Origin: Clostridia bacterium
Lineage (GTDB): Bacteria > Bacillota > Clostridia > JAAYHZ01
Assembly (NCBI GenBank): GCA_050950825.1
Contig: JBMNIH010000002.1
Coordinates: forward strand, 288,001 to 352,000
Length of the DNA stretch: 64,000 bases
Direction of reading: 5' to 3'
In this document: in pieces, positions 9,833-19,429 of the stretch
How the letters are laid out: every line of letters starts with the position of its first letter
Position numbering within the stretch: position 1 is the stretch's first letter
Program-made: the position numbers and the translations under genes
Notes under the pieces: model-generated
Told to the model about the DNA's origin: nothing
What the model saw: only the letters and a program-made list of their open reading frames with translations
Database searches by the model: none

Positions 9833-11251
9833 ATGGTTTTTTCCAGCTTGGAGTTTTTGTTCTTGTTTTTACCGATTACATTGCTTTTGTATTATGCCGT
9901 TCCAAAAAAGTATCTTAAGTGGCGAAACGTTGTACTTTTAATAACCAGCCTTATATTCTACGGTTGGGGCGAACCGATATATGTCTTTCTCATGATAGCC
10001 ACCATTACCGTAGACTATATCTGCGGATATTACATCGACAAATACCTTGATACGAATCCCGGAAAAGCCAAAAGAGTATTGATAACGGCGGTTGTCATTA
10101 ATTTGAGTATTCTGGGCTTTTTTAAATACTACGATTTTTTAGTAAGCAACTTAAGACGCATCCCCGGACTGGAAGGATTGCCGCTTTTAAATCTTAGCCT
10201 TCCCATCGGAATTTCCTTCTACACCTTCCAAGCCTTAAGCTATGTTATTGACGTTTACCGACGAGATGCAAAGGTTCAAAAAAATATCGCCACCTTCGGC
10301 GCTTACGTTACTTTGTTTCCTCAGCTGATCGCAGGTCCCATCGTGCGCTATAAAGACGTGGACAAGATGCTTCGAAAGCGGGACGAAAACATCCCCTTGT
10401 TTGCATCGGGAGTTCGAACATTTTTAGCCGGGTTTGCAAAGAAAATTTTATTAGCTAATGTAGCCGGGGAGATTTGGAACGCCCAAGCGGCTATTCCCCT
10501 TGATCAAAGGACGGTAGCGGGAGCATGGCTCGGTCTTATCTGTTACGCCTTTCAAATCTATTTCGACTTTTCAGGCTACTCCGATATGGCCATCGGTTTG
10601 GGAAAAATGATCGGCTTTAAGTTCCTTGAGAACTTTAATTACCCTTACATAGCCCGCTCCATCACGGATTTTTGGAGACGCTGGCATATGTCCTTGTCTA
10701 CTTGGTTTCGAGAATACGTCTATTTTCCCTTAGGCGGAAGCCGCTGTTCGACAATCGTTAATATCCGCAACCTTTTAGTAGTTTGGTTCCTTACGGGATT
10801 GTGGCACGGAGCAAGCTGGAACTACGTCCTTTGGGGTTTATACTATTTCGTCCTTCTGGTTATTGAAAAGCAATTGCTTCAAAAATTCCTATCGAAGCTG
10901 CCGGCATTTTTCCAACATTTTTATACGCTGTTTTTCATTCTTTTCGGATGGCTTTTATTCGTATTTGAGGATCTATCCGCCGGTATGAAGTATTTGGGCA
11001 ACATGTTCGGTGTAGGCACCGTAGCATCGTTTACGCAAATAGACATCTATAATATTGTCCGTTTGCTGCCGTTTATCGCCGTATGCGTTATTGCCTCTAC
11101 ACCGCTTCCGAAAAGATTGTTTTACAGGCTGTACGAAAAATATACATGGGTTCGTGCCCTTGCCTATACGGCCGGAGTTTTGGTTTTTGTGTTGGGATTA
11201 TCCTACCTGGTGGATTCTTTCTACAATCCCTTCCTGTACTTTCGATTTTAA
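9833..11251 (+). CDS. MBOAT family O-acyltransferase (AlgI/PatA-like)
   Basis: Motifs LPIGISFYTFQ, FPQLIAGPI, DFSGYSDMAIG, FWRRWHMSLS and GLWHGA; polytopic membrane protein. Confidence 0.95.
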   Translation: MVFSSLEFLFLFLPITLLLYYAVPKKYLKWRNVVLLITSLIFYGWGEPIYVFLMIATITVDYICGYYIDKYLDTNPGKAKRVLITAVVINLSILGFFKYYDFLVSNLRRIPGLEGLPLLNLSLPIGISFYTFQALSYVIDVYRRDAKVQKNIATFGAYVTLFPQLIAGPIVRYKDVDKMLRKRDENIPLFASGVRTFLAGFAKKILLANVAGEIWNAQAAIPLDQRTVAGAWLGLICYAFQIYFDFSGYSDMAIGLGKMIGFKFLENFNYPYIARSITDFWRRWHMSLSTWFREYVYFPLGGSRCSTIVNIRNLLVVWFLTGLWHGASWNYVLWGLYYFVLLVIEKQLLQKFLSKLPAFFQHFYTLFFILFGWLLFVFEDLSAGMKYLGNMFGVGTVASFTQIDIYNIVRLLPFIAVCVIASTPLPKRLFYRLYEKYTWVRALAYTAGVLVFVLGLSYLVDSFYNPFLYFRF

Positions 11252-11293
11252 CGGATATAAAGATATCGTTTGCAAAGGAGAACGTTTGGTACC

Positions 11294-12979
11294 ATGAACA
11301 AAAGACCTGAAAAAAATACGGACCAAGAGATCCTGTTGGACTTACAAATAAGGTGCGCCGCAAAAACCCCTGCCGTCGAGAAGCTGACGGTGTTTACGTT
11401 CCTTTTGTTGATTTTTGTCTTGGCAATCCTCTTTTTCATTCTTCCCGACAAAGCCTTTTCGGAACAGGAAAATCGCGCCCTTCAGCAGGCTCCCAAAATT
11501 TCGTACTCGGAAAAGCCTTTAGGAAGGCTTTTAGACGGAAGCTACACCGCCGATATTGCAAAGTATTACGCCGATCAGTTTCCTGCCCGTGATCTTTTCA
11601 TAGGCGTTAAAGGCTTTACGGAAATAGCCCTCGGGAAAAAGGAAAACAACTCCGTACTGCTTGCAAAAGACGGATATTTAATCACCCGACCCTCCGACCC
11701 CGATTACGAAGCGCTGGAAGAGAATTTGGCCTCCGTCGCCGATTTTGCGGATTTGATGAAACGGATGGACATACCGGTGACTCTTGCCGTCATCGGTCGC
11801 ACTTATGAAGCGATGAGTAGCTATCTTCCGGATTCCTTCCCTAAAGACCTTACAAACCGGTCTTGGGATTACGTACAATCCGTTGCGGACGGCAGCCAAA
11901 GCTTGCATTATGTTAACCTGTTAGAGCCCTTAAAGTCCATGATCGATAACGGACAAGCGCCCCGTCCCATATACTACCGAACCGACCACCACTGGACCAC
12001 GTTAGGTGCCTATTACGCTTACGCAGAAATTATAAATTCCTTCGGGCAAAAGAATTTACAGCCTGTTCCGCTTTCTAAGTTTACAATCGAAAATGCATCG
12101 ACAAGCTTCTACGGCACTACTTGGAGTAAGGCCGGCATGAAATGGATCAAGCCCGATGTTATGGAATATTTTCGATACGAGGGCGATAATGATTACATAA
12201 CGACGATTGAAGATACCGGGCAAAGCTTTACCGGCTTTTACGACCGAAGCTATTTAAGCAAAAAAGATAAGTATTCTTCCTTCCTCTCCGGAAACAACGG
12301 AAGAACGGATATCCTTCGCGCCGACGGTCAAAAACGGGAAAAGCTTTTGGTTATGAAAGACAGCTTCGCTCATTCCATGATACCGTTTTTGGCCATGCAC
12401 TATGACCTTGTGGTTCTCGACCTTCGCTATTATTCCGAATCCGTTCCAAAACTGGTATTAAAAGAAGGTATAAGCCGTGTACTGATTATCGGTAACATGG
12501 AAAACCTTTGCCAAACTCCCGTTTACGGAAACCTCTATTACGGAGCCGAACAAGCGTTGGATGCATATAACCGCAGCTTTTATCCTATCCGCGACATCCG
12601 GGTTAACGGAAACTCCATTGAAAACTATACCATTGCATATCCCGATATACCGGAATATGAAAAAGCCGCGTCGCTTTTGCACGATGCAATCCTTGAAAAA
12701 ACGGGATTCGACTTGAATACGATGATCCTAAAAGAATATGATGATATTGATCGAGCCATCGTTTTGTCCGATACGGGTTTGTCCGCAGAGGGCTTGGTTA
12801 AGTTCTCGGTGGATGGGAACAATCTTACGATTTGTTCAACCGCACAAGAGGGCATCATCGGAGCCGTAGAAACGTTTATAGATACATATTTAAAAGAAGG
12901 CACGGGAGCCTTCAATTTCCCGGCCGACTATGTTTACACGGATTTGTCCGGCGAATTTGCAATCATCATGCCGGAGTAA
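11294..12979 (+). CDS. DHHW-family (AlgJ/PatB-like SGNH) O-acetyltransferase with an extra C-terminal domain
   Basis: N-terminal TM helix, FSEQENRAL, YYRTDHHWT and KDSFAH; about 130-aa C-terminal extension. Confidence 0.88.
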   Translation: MNKRPEKNTDQEILLDLQIRCAAKTPAVEKLTVFTFLLLIFVLAILFFILPDKAFSEQENRALQQAPKISYSEKPLGRLLDGSYTADIAKYYADQFPARDLFIGVKGFTEIALGKKENNSVLLAKDGYLITRPSDPDYEALEENLASVADFADLMKRMDIPVTLAVIGRTYEAMSSYLPDSFPKDLTNRSWDYVQSVADGSQSLHYVNLLEPLKSMIDNGQAPRPIYYRTDHHWTTLGAYYAYAEIINSFGQKNLQPVPLSKFTIENASTSFYGTTWSKAGMKWIKPDVMEYFRYEGDNDYITTIEDTGQSFTGFYDRSYLSKKDKYSSFLSGNNGRTDILRADGQKREKLLVMKDSFAHSMIPFLAMHYDLVVLDLRYYSESVPKLVLKEGISRVLIIGNMENLCQTPVYGNLYYGAEQALDAYNRSFYPIRDIRVNGNSIENYTIAYPDIPEYEKAASLLHDAILEKTGFDLNTMILKEYDDIDRAIVLSDTGLSAEGLVKFSVDGNNLTICSTAQEGIIGAVETFIDTYLKEGTGAFNFPADYVYTDLSGEFAIIMPE

Positions 12980-13015
12980 GACTTTTTAAAGCATATATTT
13001 GGAAAGGAGCAACCT

Positions 13016-14935
13016 ATGATTCGAATACGGAGCACTGCGCTTCTTCTGATATTGACAATTATCATCGCTTTTACGGGATGTACGGGCCGACAGCAAAATA
13101 ATGGCGAGCCTGTTGAGACTCACGAACCGAAAAACGTCGACATTCCCGTAACGGCAACGGAACTTCCCGACTTATCGGCAAAGGAAATTGCCGATGCGAT
13201 TATGTCGATTTTTGAAGAACAAGAGCTTTCGCCTATGACTCGGTATTTCTACGGTGCAAAGGAAGGGACTCCGGAGTACTTCGAACCGGAACGCAGCGGA
13301 TGGCTGATTACGGGAAAAATGAATACCGATCCCGTCATGGATTCTTTGTCCGATTACGCCTTTTATGTACCGAAGGGCTGGTACGCTTTTGAAGTGGACG
13401 TCCTCAAGCTCAAGGATTCGGCCGATCTATCGAAAGCGATTGCGTATTTGGAGGCGCGCCAAAAACGCCAAAACGGTCCCGACCTTGAGTTCTACAACCC
13501 TACGGACCTGCCGCTCATTCGAAACGCTTCCATATTTGCCGTCGGCAATTATGCCATTATGCTGGCAACGAGTGATAATGACAAGGCACGGCAAGTCGTC
13601 GCCGATTTGTTCGAAGGAAAAGCGCAGCTTAGGACCGACATTGTAACGGACCCCGTTGATGAAGAACAGATTAAAGGATATGACTTTTCGGAAGCTTCGG
13701 AAGATATTGTACAAATACCGTCCGTAAACAATATCGACATTACCATGTTGGAGCCCGAGTCAAAGAAAGACTTGCCTCCCGACCAAATAACCGCCATTCC
13801 GGAAATCACGGTTTCCAAATACACCCACAATACCATGTTCCTTTTGGGAGGTACTTGCGAGGAAGGTGCCGTTATCCGGGTTCGCGGCGGTACGGAAGAG
13901 ATCAATTCCCGAAGCGACTACGGTGATTGGCTGGTAGAAGTGCCTATCGATCCCGAAAAGCCTTCTACCCTGTACCTGACGGCCGAAGTCTCCGGTAAAG
14001 AAGAAAGCGATACCGTAAAATTCATCGTACGGCCTCAAGAAGGCATCACCTTGTACGAGGACAGCGGTGTTTTCGGTGTGGTGGTGGGAAACGACTATTT
14101 TACTTGGTTCCAAGACTGCATCCCCACCTTTACCGGCAGCAATCTGCTAAAAGAAAATGAAATCGAAAACTTAAAAAGCCGTTACGCCCGAAAGGTTGAG
14201 AATTTACGTTCCCGTGACTTGGACACCGAAATTATTATTCTCATGGTTCCTTCACCCATGCGAATCTACGCGGAACATGTTCCCTCCTATATTCAGCAAA
14301 CCGACGGGATCACCTTGACCGACCAATTCAATGAAGCCATGAAAGAAGCGGGTATTACCGTCATCGACCTTCGCGACGTTATGTTCGCTCATAAATACGA
14401 TCCGTTTAAGATATTCCACCGTACCGACTCCCACTGGAGCGAATACGGCGCTTATTTCGGCTATATCGAATTGATGAATTACATCGCCAAGAAGTTCCCT
14501 GATGCCGCTCCCCGGCCGGCTTCCGACTTTGAGTTTTATAACAAAAAGGTTAACTACGGGGACATCTACGCTACTTTAGGCTTAGGGCGTACGGAGCTTA
14601 AGGAATACTCCGTATTTGTCAACTTTAAATTCAATCCCCCCGGAGGCTTTCGAAATATCTACAACGGCGACAGCTTGGTTATCGACCACAATGTCACCGG
14701 CAAAAGCCACGTAACGGAAAGCAACCTAAGAGGATTGAATCTTCCTACGGCCTATATCATGCGGGATTCCTTCTGCGGTCCCATCTTCAACTTCTTGACG
14801 GACCGCTTCTCCGCCATCACATGGCAGGCCATGTGGGATTACACCTTTGATATTTACCGCATTTCGCAAGCCAAACCGGACTATTTGATCTACATAATCA
14901 ACGAGCGGAATATCAAGAACATTATGTATGAATAA
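13016..14935 (+). CDS. Lipoprotein: DUF4358-like N-terminus, Ig-like module and AlgJ/AlgX-like SGNH acetyltransferase domain
   Basis: Lipobox FTGC; beta-rich middle region (LLGGTCEEGAVIRV...GDWLVEVP); FHRTDSHWSEYGAY and MRDSF motifs. Confidence 0.75.
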   Translation: MIRIRSTALLLILTIIIAFTGCTGRQQNNGEPVETHEPKNVDIPVTATELPDLSAKEIADAIMSIFEEQELSPMTRYFYGAKEGTPEYFEPERSGWLITGKMNTDPVMDSLSDYAFYVPKGWYAFEVDVLKLKDSADLSKAIAYLEARQKRQNGPDLEFYNPTDLPLIRNASIFAVGNYAIMLATSDNDKARQVVADLFEGKAQLRTDIVTDPVDEEQIKGYDFSEASEDIVQIPSVNNIDITMLEPESKKDLPPDQITAIPEITVSKYTHNTMFLLGGTCEEGAVIRVRGGTEEINSRSDYGDWLVEVPIDPEKPSTLYLTAEVSGKEESDTVKFIVRPQEGITLYEDSGVFGVVVGNDYFTWFQDCIPTFTGSNLLKENEIENLKSRYARKVENLRSRDLDTEIIILMVPSPMRIYAEHVPSYIQQTDGITLTDQFNEAMKEAGITVIDLRDVMFAHKYDPFKIFHRTDSHWSEYGAYFGYIELMNYIAKKFPDAAPRPASDFEFYNKKVNYGDIYATLGLGRTELKEYSVFVNFKFNPPGGFRNIYNGDSLVIDHNVTGKSHVTESNLRGLNLPTAYIMRDSFCGPIFNFLTDRFSAITWQAMWDYTFDIYRISQAKPDYLIYIINERNIKNIMYE

Positions 14936-14941
14936 AGTATA

Positions 14942-14976
14942 AGCCGTATTTCATTGAAGAAATACGGCTCTTTTCT
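14942..14976. terminator. Rho-independent terminator after the O-acetylation operon
   Basis: AGCCGTATTTC-attgaa-GAAATACGGCT followed by a T-rich tail. Confidence 0.75.
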
Positions 14977-14988
14977 ATTTACATATAT

Positions 14989-15765
14989 TTAAAGCGTCAG
15001 GATACGAGGTTTTAAGGTCAGGGATTCGGGTGAAACGGTAACAAGCATTGCATAAATACGGTCCGGGGTTTCGACAAGCCCGGGAAGGGTCGTATAGCAA
15101 ATTCCGTCGGATACGCTTTGGTAGCCGCTATGCATGTGTCCTTGAAAAACCGCCGTAACCTTACCGGTTTTTGCGAATATTTTCCGCACCGAACATGCAT
15201 TTCTTAAGTTATGAGGGTCATAAACACCGGAAAAATTGTCTAAAAGCGAATGAGAGAATACGATCGCCCGGTCTTCTTGAGCATTCATTAATGTCTTCTC
15301 AATCCATTCCAGCTGCTCTTCGGAGACATAGGTTTTTGTCCATTCGCAAGGTCCCCCTTCGGAATCGATGCCGCTCGGAAGACCTTCTTCATTGTAGTTG
15401 GTGTCCAGTACCAAAAACAATACTCCTCCGAAAGAAAATGCATAATATCCTCGATCATCCGGATAATTCCAAAGACGAGTGAGGAAGCTTCGGGATACGG
15501 CGTGTACATCATGGTTACCGATTACAAAGTGACAAGGAAATCCTCCGTATAACAAGGCGGCGGTTGCGTCCTCGCATTCTTTGGCTGCATTCGGACTTCC
15601 TTCGACCATATCTCCCAAGCATACGGCAAAGGAAACACTTTCGTTTTGAAAAATCTCGGTACATCTACGTATTTTTTCTAAAGAATTCGAGTAGAAGCGA
15701 CTTCCTCGGGAAGGAATTTCTCCGTATTGCGGGTCCGCAATTAATCCGAAGGTAAATGTTTTCAC
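14989..15765 (-). CDS. Calcineurin-like metallophosphoesterase (ADPRM-like ADP-ribose/CDP-alcohol diphosphatase subfamily)
   Basis: Motifs ADPQY, RFYSNSLEK, LGD, GNHD, FSH and GHMH; AGGAGG before GTG 15765. Confidence 0.82.
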   Translation of the reverse strand: MKTFTFGLIADPQYGEIPSRGSRFYSNSLEKIRRCTEIFQNESVSFAVCLGDMVEGSPNAAKECEDATAALLYGGFPCHFVIGNHDVHAVSRSFLTRLWNYPDDRGYYAFSFGGVLFLVLDTNYNEEGLPSGIDSEGGPCEWTKTYVSEEQLEWIEKTLMNAQEDRAIVFSHSLLDNFSGVYDPHNLRNACSVRKIFAKTGKVTAVFQGHMHSGYQSVSDGICYTTLPGLVETPDRIYAMLVTVSPESLTLKPRILTL

Positions 15766-15782
15766 GGCACTTGCCTCCTTTA

Positions 15783-16445
15783 TCAAAGATTCCCTTTAAA
15801 AAGATGCGGTGTGCACCCTAATGCGGTTATCCGCGGATGAATGATTCCGTCGTTTTCCTCGAAATTAACCGTTGTTACGGATGAGGTTGCAATGAAAAAG
15901 GATCTCCAGTAAAACGTAGCGGGCATGTTTGTAAGGATACCAAGCAGGGCAAAGCCGAATCCCAAATGGCAAAAAAGTGCGATGTCCCCGTCTTTAAGCG
16001 GACCATCGGCGGTAAAAGCGCCGTTGTTGTATGTAATGCCCTCAAGTGCCAGAAAGTCCTTAAGCCCTGAATGGATTTCGGCGAATTTTTCTTCTCCTAT
16101 AGGCGGCTGAAAAATCGGATCCTTTAACCATCCGCCCGGATACCTTTCGCAGGCGGCCAGACGCTCGGGCTCGGCATTCCATACGGCCACCTTCCCTCTT
16201 TTCGGATGATCGTACACAGGCAAATGCAATTCTCTTGTCCAAGGCAAAATCGTTACCGGAAGACCAAGACGCTTTGCGGTAGACTCCGCCGTTTCCCTTG
16301 CTCGCCCCATGGGCGAAGAAAAAATGCTTCGTATGGGCAGCGTTTCCGTATACCGTACAAGGGCTTCCGCTTCTTCTCTCCCCTTCGGGGTTAAGCAATC
16401 ATTTTGGTAGTTCGGGTCTCCGTGGCGAATAATTTGAAGCCGCAT
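15783..16445 (-). CDS. Histidine phosphatase (phosphoglycerate mutase family)
   Basis: RHG, SSPMGRARETA and second His in FCH. Confidence 0.9.
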   Translation of the reverse strand: MRLQIIRHGDPNYQNDCLTPKGREEAEALVRYTETLPIRSIFSSPMGRARETAESTAKRLGLPVTILPWTRELHLPVYDHPKRGKVAVWNAEPERLAACERYPGGWLKDPIFQPPIGEEKFAEIHSGLKDFLALEGITYNNGAFTADGPLKDGDIALFCHLGFGFALLGILTNMPATFYWRSFFIATSSVTTVNFEENDGIIHPRITALGCTPHLFKGNL

Positions 16446-16553
16446 AAATTACCTCCCTGGGCATATATAACATATGGCTGCAAAGCTTTTAACAACAGTA
16501 TACCGGTTTCGCCTCCTAAAACTCAACGACAACCCGTATTCGACAAGAGGATA

Positions 16554-17420
16554 TTATTCGAATTTTAGCATATGGGAATCGCAAACAGGCCTGTATCCGA
16601 TTTTTTGATAAATGCTATTGGATGTGGGGTTCGCCAAATCCGTGTATAATACACACTTTGTGTATCCGTTGTCTAATGCCAATTGGCTGATTTGGGCGAC
16701 ACAAGAAGTGGCATATCCCTTCCCTCGATAACAAGGAGGAGTATATACAAAAGCGATGCCGACGGCCGTTTGCAGTTCTCTTGTATACCCTGCCATGGAG
16801 ACGGGTATTCCGTCCACTTCCAAAATATAGATCTTTTTGGAGGATATTCGGTATCGATACATATCGATGTCTCGAGGCTCACGCATTGCGGTACCGCCGG
16901 ATTCGGTTGATGCATTAAACGCCTCAAGCCGGTACGGGAAAAAGTACAAATCTTTTTCGTTCAATAAACGGACGGTACCGAATTGCTTCACCTCCGGGCT
17001 TACGGTCGTAAGCTCGTATATACGTTGGTTCATAACGGTTTTATAGGTTTGTCCCTTTCGAGCCGTATATTCTTTTGCAAAATATTCCGCCAAGCTTTTT
17101 TCCGTTATTACGCCGGGAATTTCACAGTCCTTAAGTCCGTCTATCAGACACCGGATGGCTTCGGGATTCATGGTATTGTCCGTTGCATACAGGGTGATAT
17201 TATGAGGCGGCGTCATAAGGGCGGTAAGTCGTATACCCTTTGCATCCGAAACGGTTGCCATCAGCCAGTATGCCGGATCACACCGGCTCGTTTTATCCTT
17301 TCCTTCATGCCCGATGATGACATTGCCTAGGATAATCATATTTTGCGACTCGCTAAGCATTAGCACGTCATATGTATCGTTGTAGAATTCATGTACATCC
17401 GTATACCGTTTGAATTTCAT
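16554..17420 (-). CDS. GNAT family N-acetyltransferase
   Basis: VYTPPCYRGKGYA acetyl-CoA motif and NPTSNSIYQKIGY. Confidence 0.9.
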   Translation of the reverse strand: MKFKRYTDVHEFYNDTYDVLMLSESQNMIILGNVIIGHEGKDKTSRCDPAYWLMATVSDAKGIRLTALMTPPHNITLYATDNTMNPEAIRCLIDGLKDCEIPGVITEKSLAEYFAKEYTARKGQTYKTVMNQRIYELTTVSPEVKQFGTVRLLNEKDLYFFPYRLEAFNASTESGGTAMREPRDIDMYRYRISSKKIYILEVDGIPVSMAGYTRELQTAVGIAFVYTPPCYRGKGYATSCVAQISQLALDNGYTKCVLYTDLANPTSNSIYQKIGYRPVCDSHMLKFE

Positions 17421-17432
17421 AACATACTCCTT

Positions 17433-17970
17433 CTAGTCATCCAAAGAAGACGATTCAAGATCAAACTCTACAATTTCTCCGTTCTTAGGAAGCAGTTTAC
17501 TCGTTACGGCCTGAATCATCACTCCGTGGCAAGCGACGATGGCTTTCTTATTTGATGCATACTTCAATAATACACGAATAACACGTTCTTTTATGGATTG
17601 CGCTTCTTCCCACTCTTGATCCTCCGAAGAATGCACTCCGTTATATCTTACATATTCATCATAAGCCCGCTCCGCCGTTTCTTCATCCTCGTAGATGTAA
17701 TTCCGATTCGCCGGCCATTCATGCAGATCCGTTTCAATGGCTATGTCAATGCCCAATTCCTTGGATAAAATGGCTGCCGTATGTACCGCTCTTGTATACG
17801 GCGAGCAGAGAATGATATTCGCATCGGATAATCTTTCGTCTTTTGGCGGTTTCCTTTATTTGAGCGATTCCTTCTTTCGATAATCCTGCCGGATTGACGC
17901 CGAACCCTTGGTGTATTTTGACATTCCGTTCCGAATAGTCCGTCTTTCCATGCCTTATGAAATGAAACAT
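17433..17970 (-). pseudogene. Histidine phosphatase split by a frameshift
   Basis: The RHG N-terminus (17970) joins SPYTRAVHTA...LHEW...ACHG (ending 17433) if one base of the 4-nt run at 17841-17844 is removed. A sequencing error is also possible. Confidence 0.8.
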
Positions 17971-18062
17971 CGTGCTCTCCTTGCGTTTTGATTTTATTCC
18001 ATTGAATTACATACTACATTTTCCAATCGAAAACTCAAAGTTAAAATTTTAGACAAAAGTTT

Positions 18063-19217
18063 TTAAGGTTTGGATCCGGCATATGCGATTTCCTTCTCGG
18101 TTTTTGTCCTCATTCGAAGGATACCTGCCATTTTATCGGATAAGGTCGTATCGATTTCTCTCACTTTTTCAATGTATGATTCTACATTTTTAAATTCTTT
18201 TATCTTATGACCGAAAAGAATTTCTTCCATATGGTTTCGGATCATATGAGCACCGTTTAATTGCTTTTCATCTTGAACCGTACCGATCAGCATCAGGGTA
18301 TCTACCAAGCAATCCAAAACCTCTTCTTTTATAAAAGGCTTGTCCAACCTATTTGTATACCCCTTTAATTCTTCATCCCATTTCCGATCGTTTAACGCCG
18401 CTTGTACAATCTCTTTCGACCGCCCGACGGCGCACTTGTTTCCTTGGCACGTTTGACAATATGCCCGGCCTAGGCAAATATTGTCCAAATCCTCTTTCAT
18501 ATGCAAATAATAATCGCGGAGCCGCTTCGATTTGACAGCAAGATCCGACCGAATTCCTTCCCGATTTCTTCGGATTAAGGTACGAACCATCAGGAATGTT
18601 GTTAAGGCCAAAACACTCAAGACCGGTATTACAATGTACCCATTTAAAAAACGACCCGGGACCGTTTGGCAGAGCTTCTGAAGTCCGAAAAACATAAAAA
18701 TGGCAGCCGCCAGTAATCGGATACCGAGCTCCGGAATCTTATCGCCTAACTTTTTACCCACAAATATTCCCAAGGCGCCGGTGGCGATCATCCCCGATAC
18801 CGTTCCCGCCAAGATCATGACCGGATATGCGGCATCCGCCGCCAGCGTGATCGCCGTTAATTGGGTCTTATCGCCCAGTTCGCCTAAGAAGAAAGCCACG
18901 GCAACGGTAACCGTCGGTCCGAATTGTATTTTCAGCTCTTCCTCTTCTTCCTCGTTATCGGGCTTTAACGTCCAAAGTGCAAATCCCACAAATGCGGCTC
19001 CGGCAATCATCTGTATAGTGTTGACAGGAATCCATTGGGACAGATAGCTTCCCAGAACAACCGCCAAGCCGTGGTTCAAAAACGCTCCCAATCCTATCCC
19101 GATCAATACCTTTCTCACCGGATATCGCGTAGCAAATGCCAAGGCCAGAATTTGGGTCTTGTCCCCCATTTCGGCAATGAATATGAGTAAAAATGCCCGT
19201 ACCATATCTTGAATCAT
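18063..19217 (-). CDS. TMEM165/GDT1 (UPF0016) Mn2+/Ca2+ transporter with a Cys-rich C-terminal extension
   Basis: Two EXGDKTQ motifs (EMGDKTQ, ELGDKTQ) and TM helices; lies downstream of a yybP-ykoY riboswitch. Confidence 0.92.
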   Translation of the reverse strand: MIQDMVRAFLLIFIAEMGDKTQILALAFATRYPVRKVLIGIGLGAFLNHGLAVVLGSYLSQWIPVNTIQMIAGAAFVGFALWTLKPDNEEEEEELKIQFGPTVTVAVAFFLGELGDKTQLTAITLAADAAYPVMILAGTVSGMIATGALGIFVGKKLGDKIPELGIRLLAAAIFMFFGLQKLCQTVPGRFLNGYIVIPVLSVLALTTFLMVRTLIRRNREGIRSDLAVKSKRLRDYYLHMKEDLDNICLGRAYCQTCQGNKCAVGRSKEIVQAALNDRKWDEELKGYTNRLDKPFIKEEVLDCLVDTLMLIGTVQDEKQLNGAHMIRNHMEEILFGHKIKEFKNVESYIEKVREIDTTLSDKMAGILRMRTKTEKEIAYAGSKP

Positions 19218-19248
19218 AAAAAAATTCCTCACATTATCCGTTTCGAAT

Positions 19249-19395
19249 TAAAAAAGACCTTCAGATTACCGGGTAAACGCCGATAATCTAAAAGTCTCGC
19301 TACCTTTAATTAATGATACCATTAAAGTTGATAAGACCAAGATTGCTCCGGTATGTTGATCTTATCTTGGTTTCCCACAGCTACTCCCTTTTAGA
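19249..19395 (-). ncRNA. yybP-ykoY (Mn2+) riboswitch with an intrinsic terminator
   Basis: The minus strand reads AAAAGGGAGUAGC...GAUCAACAUAC...GCGAGACUUUU, followed by a hairpin and U-tract (19249-19297). TTGACA-17-TATAAT promoter at 19405-19433. Confidence 0.9.
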
Positions 19396-19429
19396 ATCGT
19401 TGCAATTATATCAAGGTGAATGATTTTTG

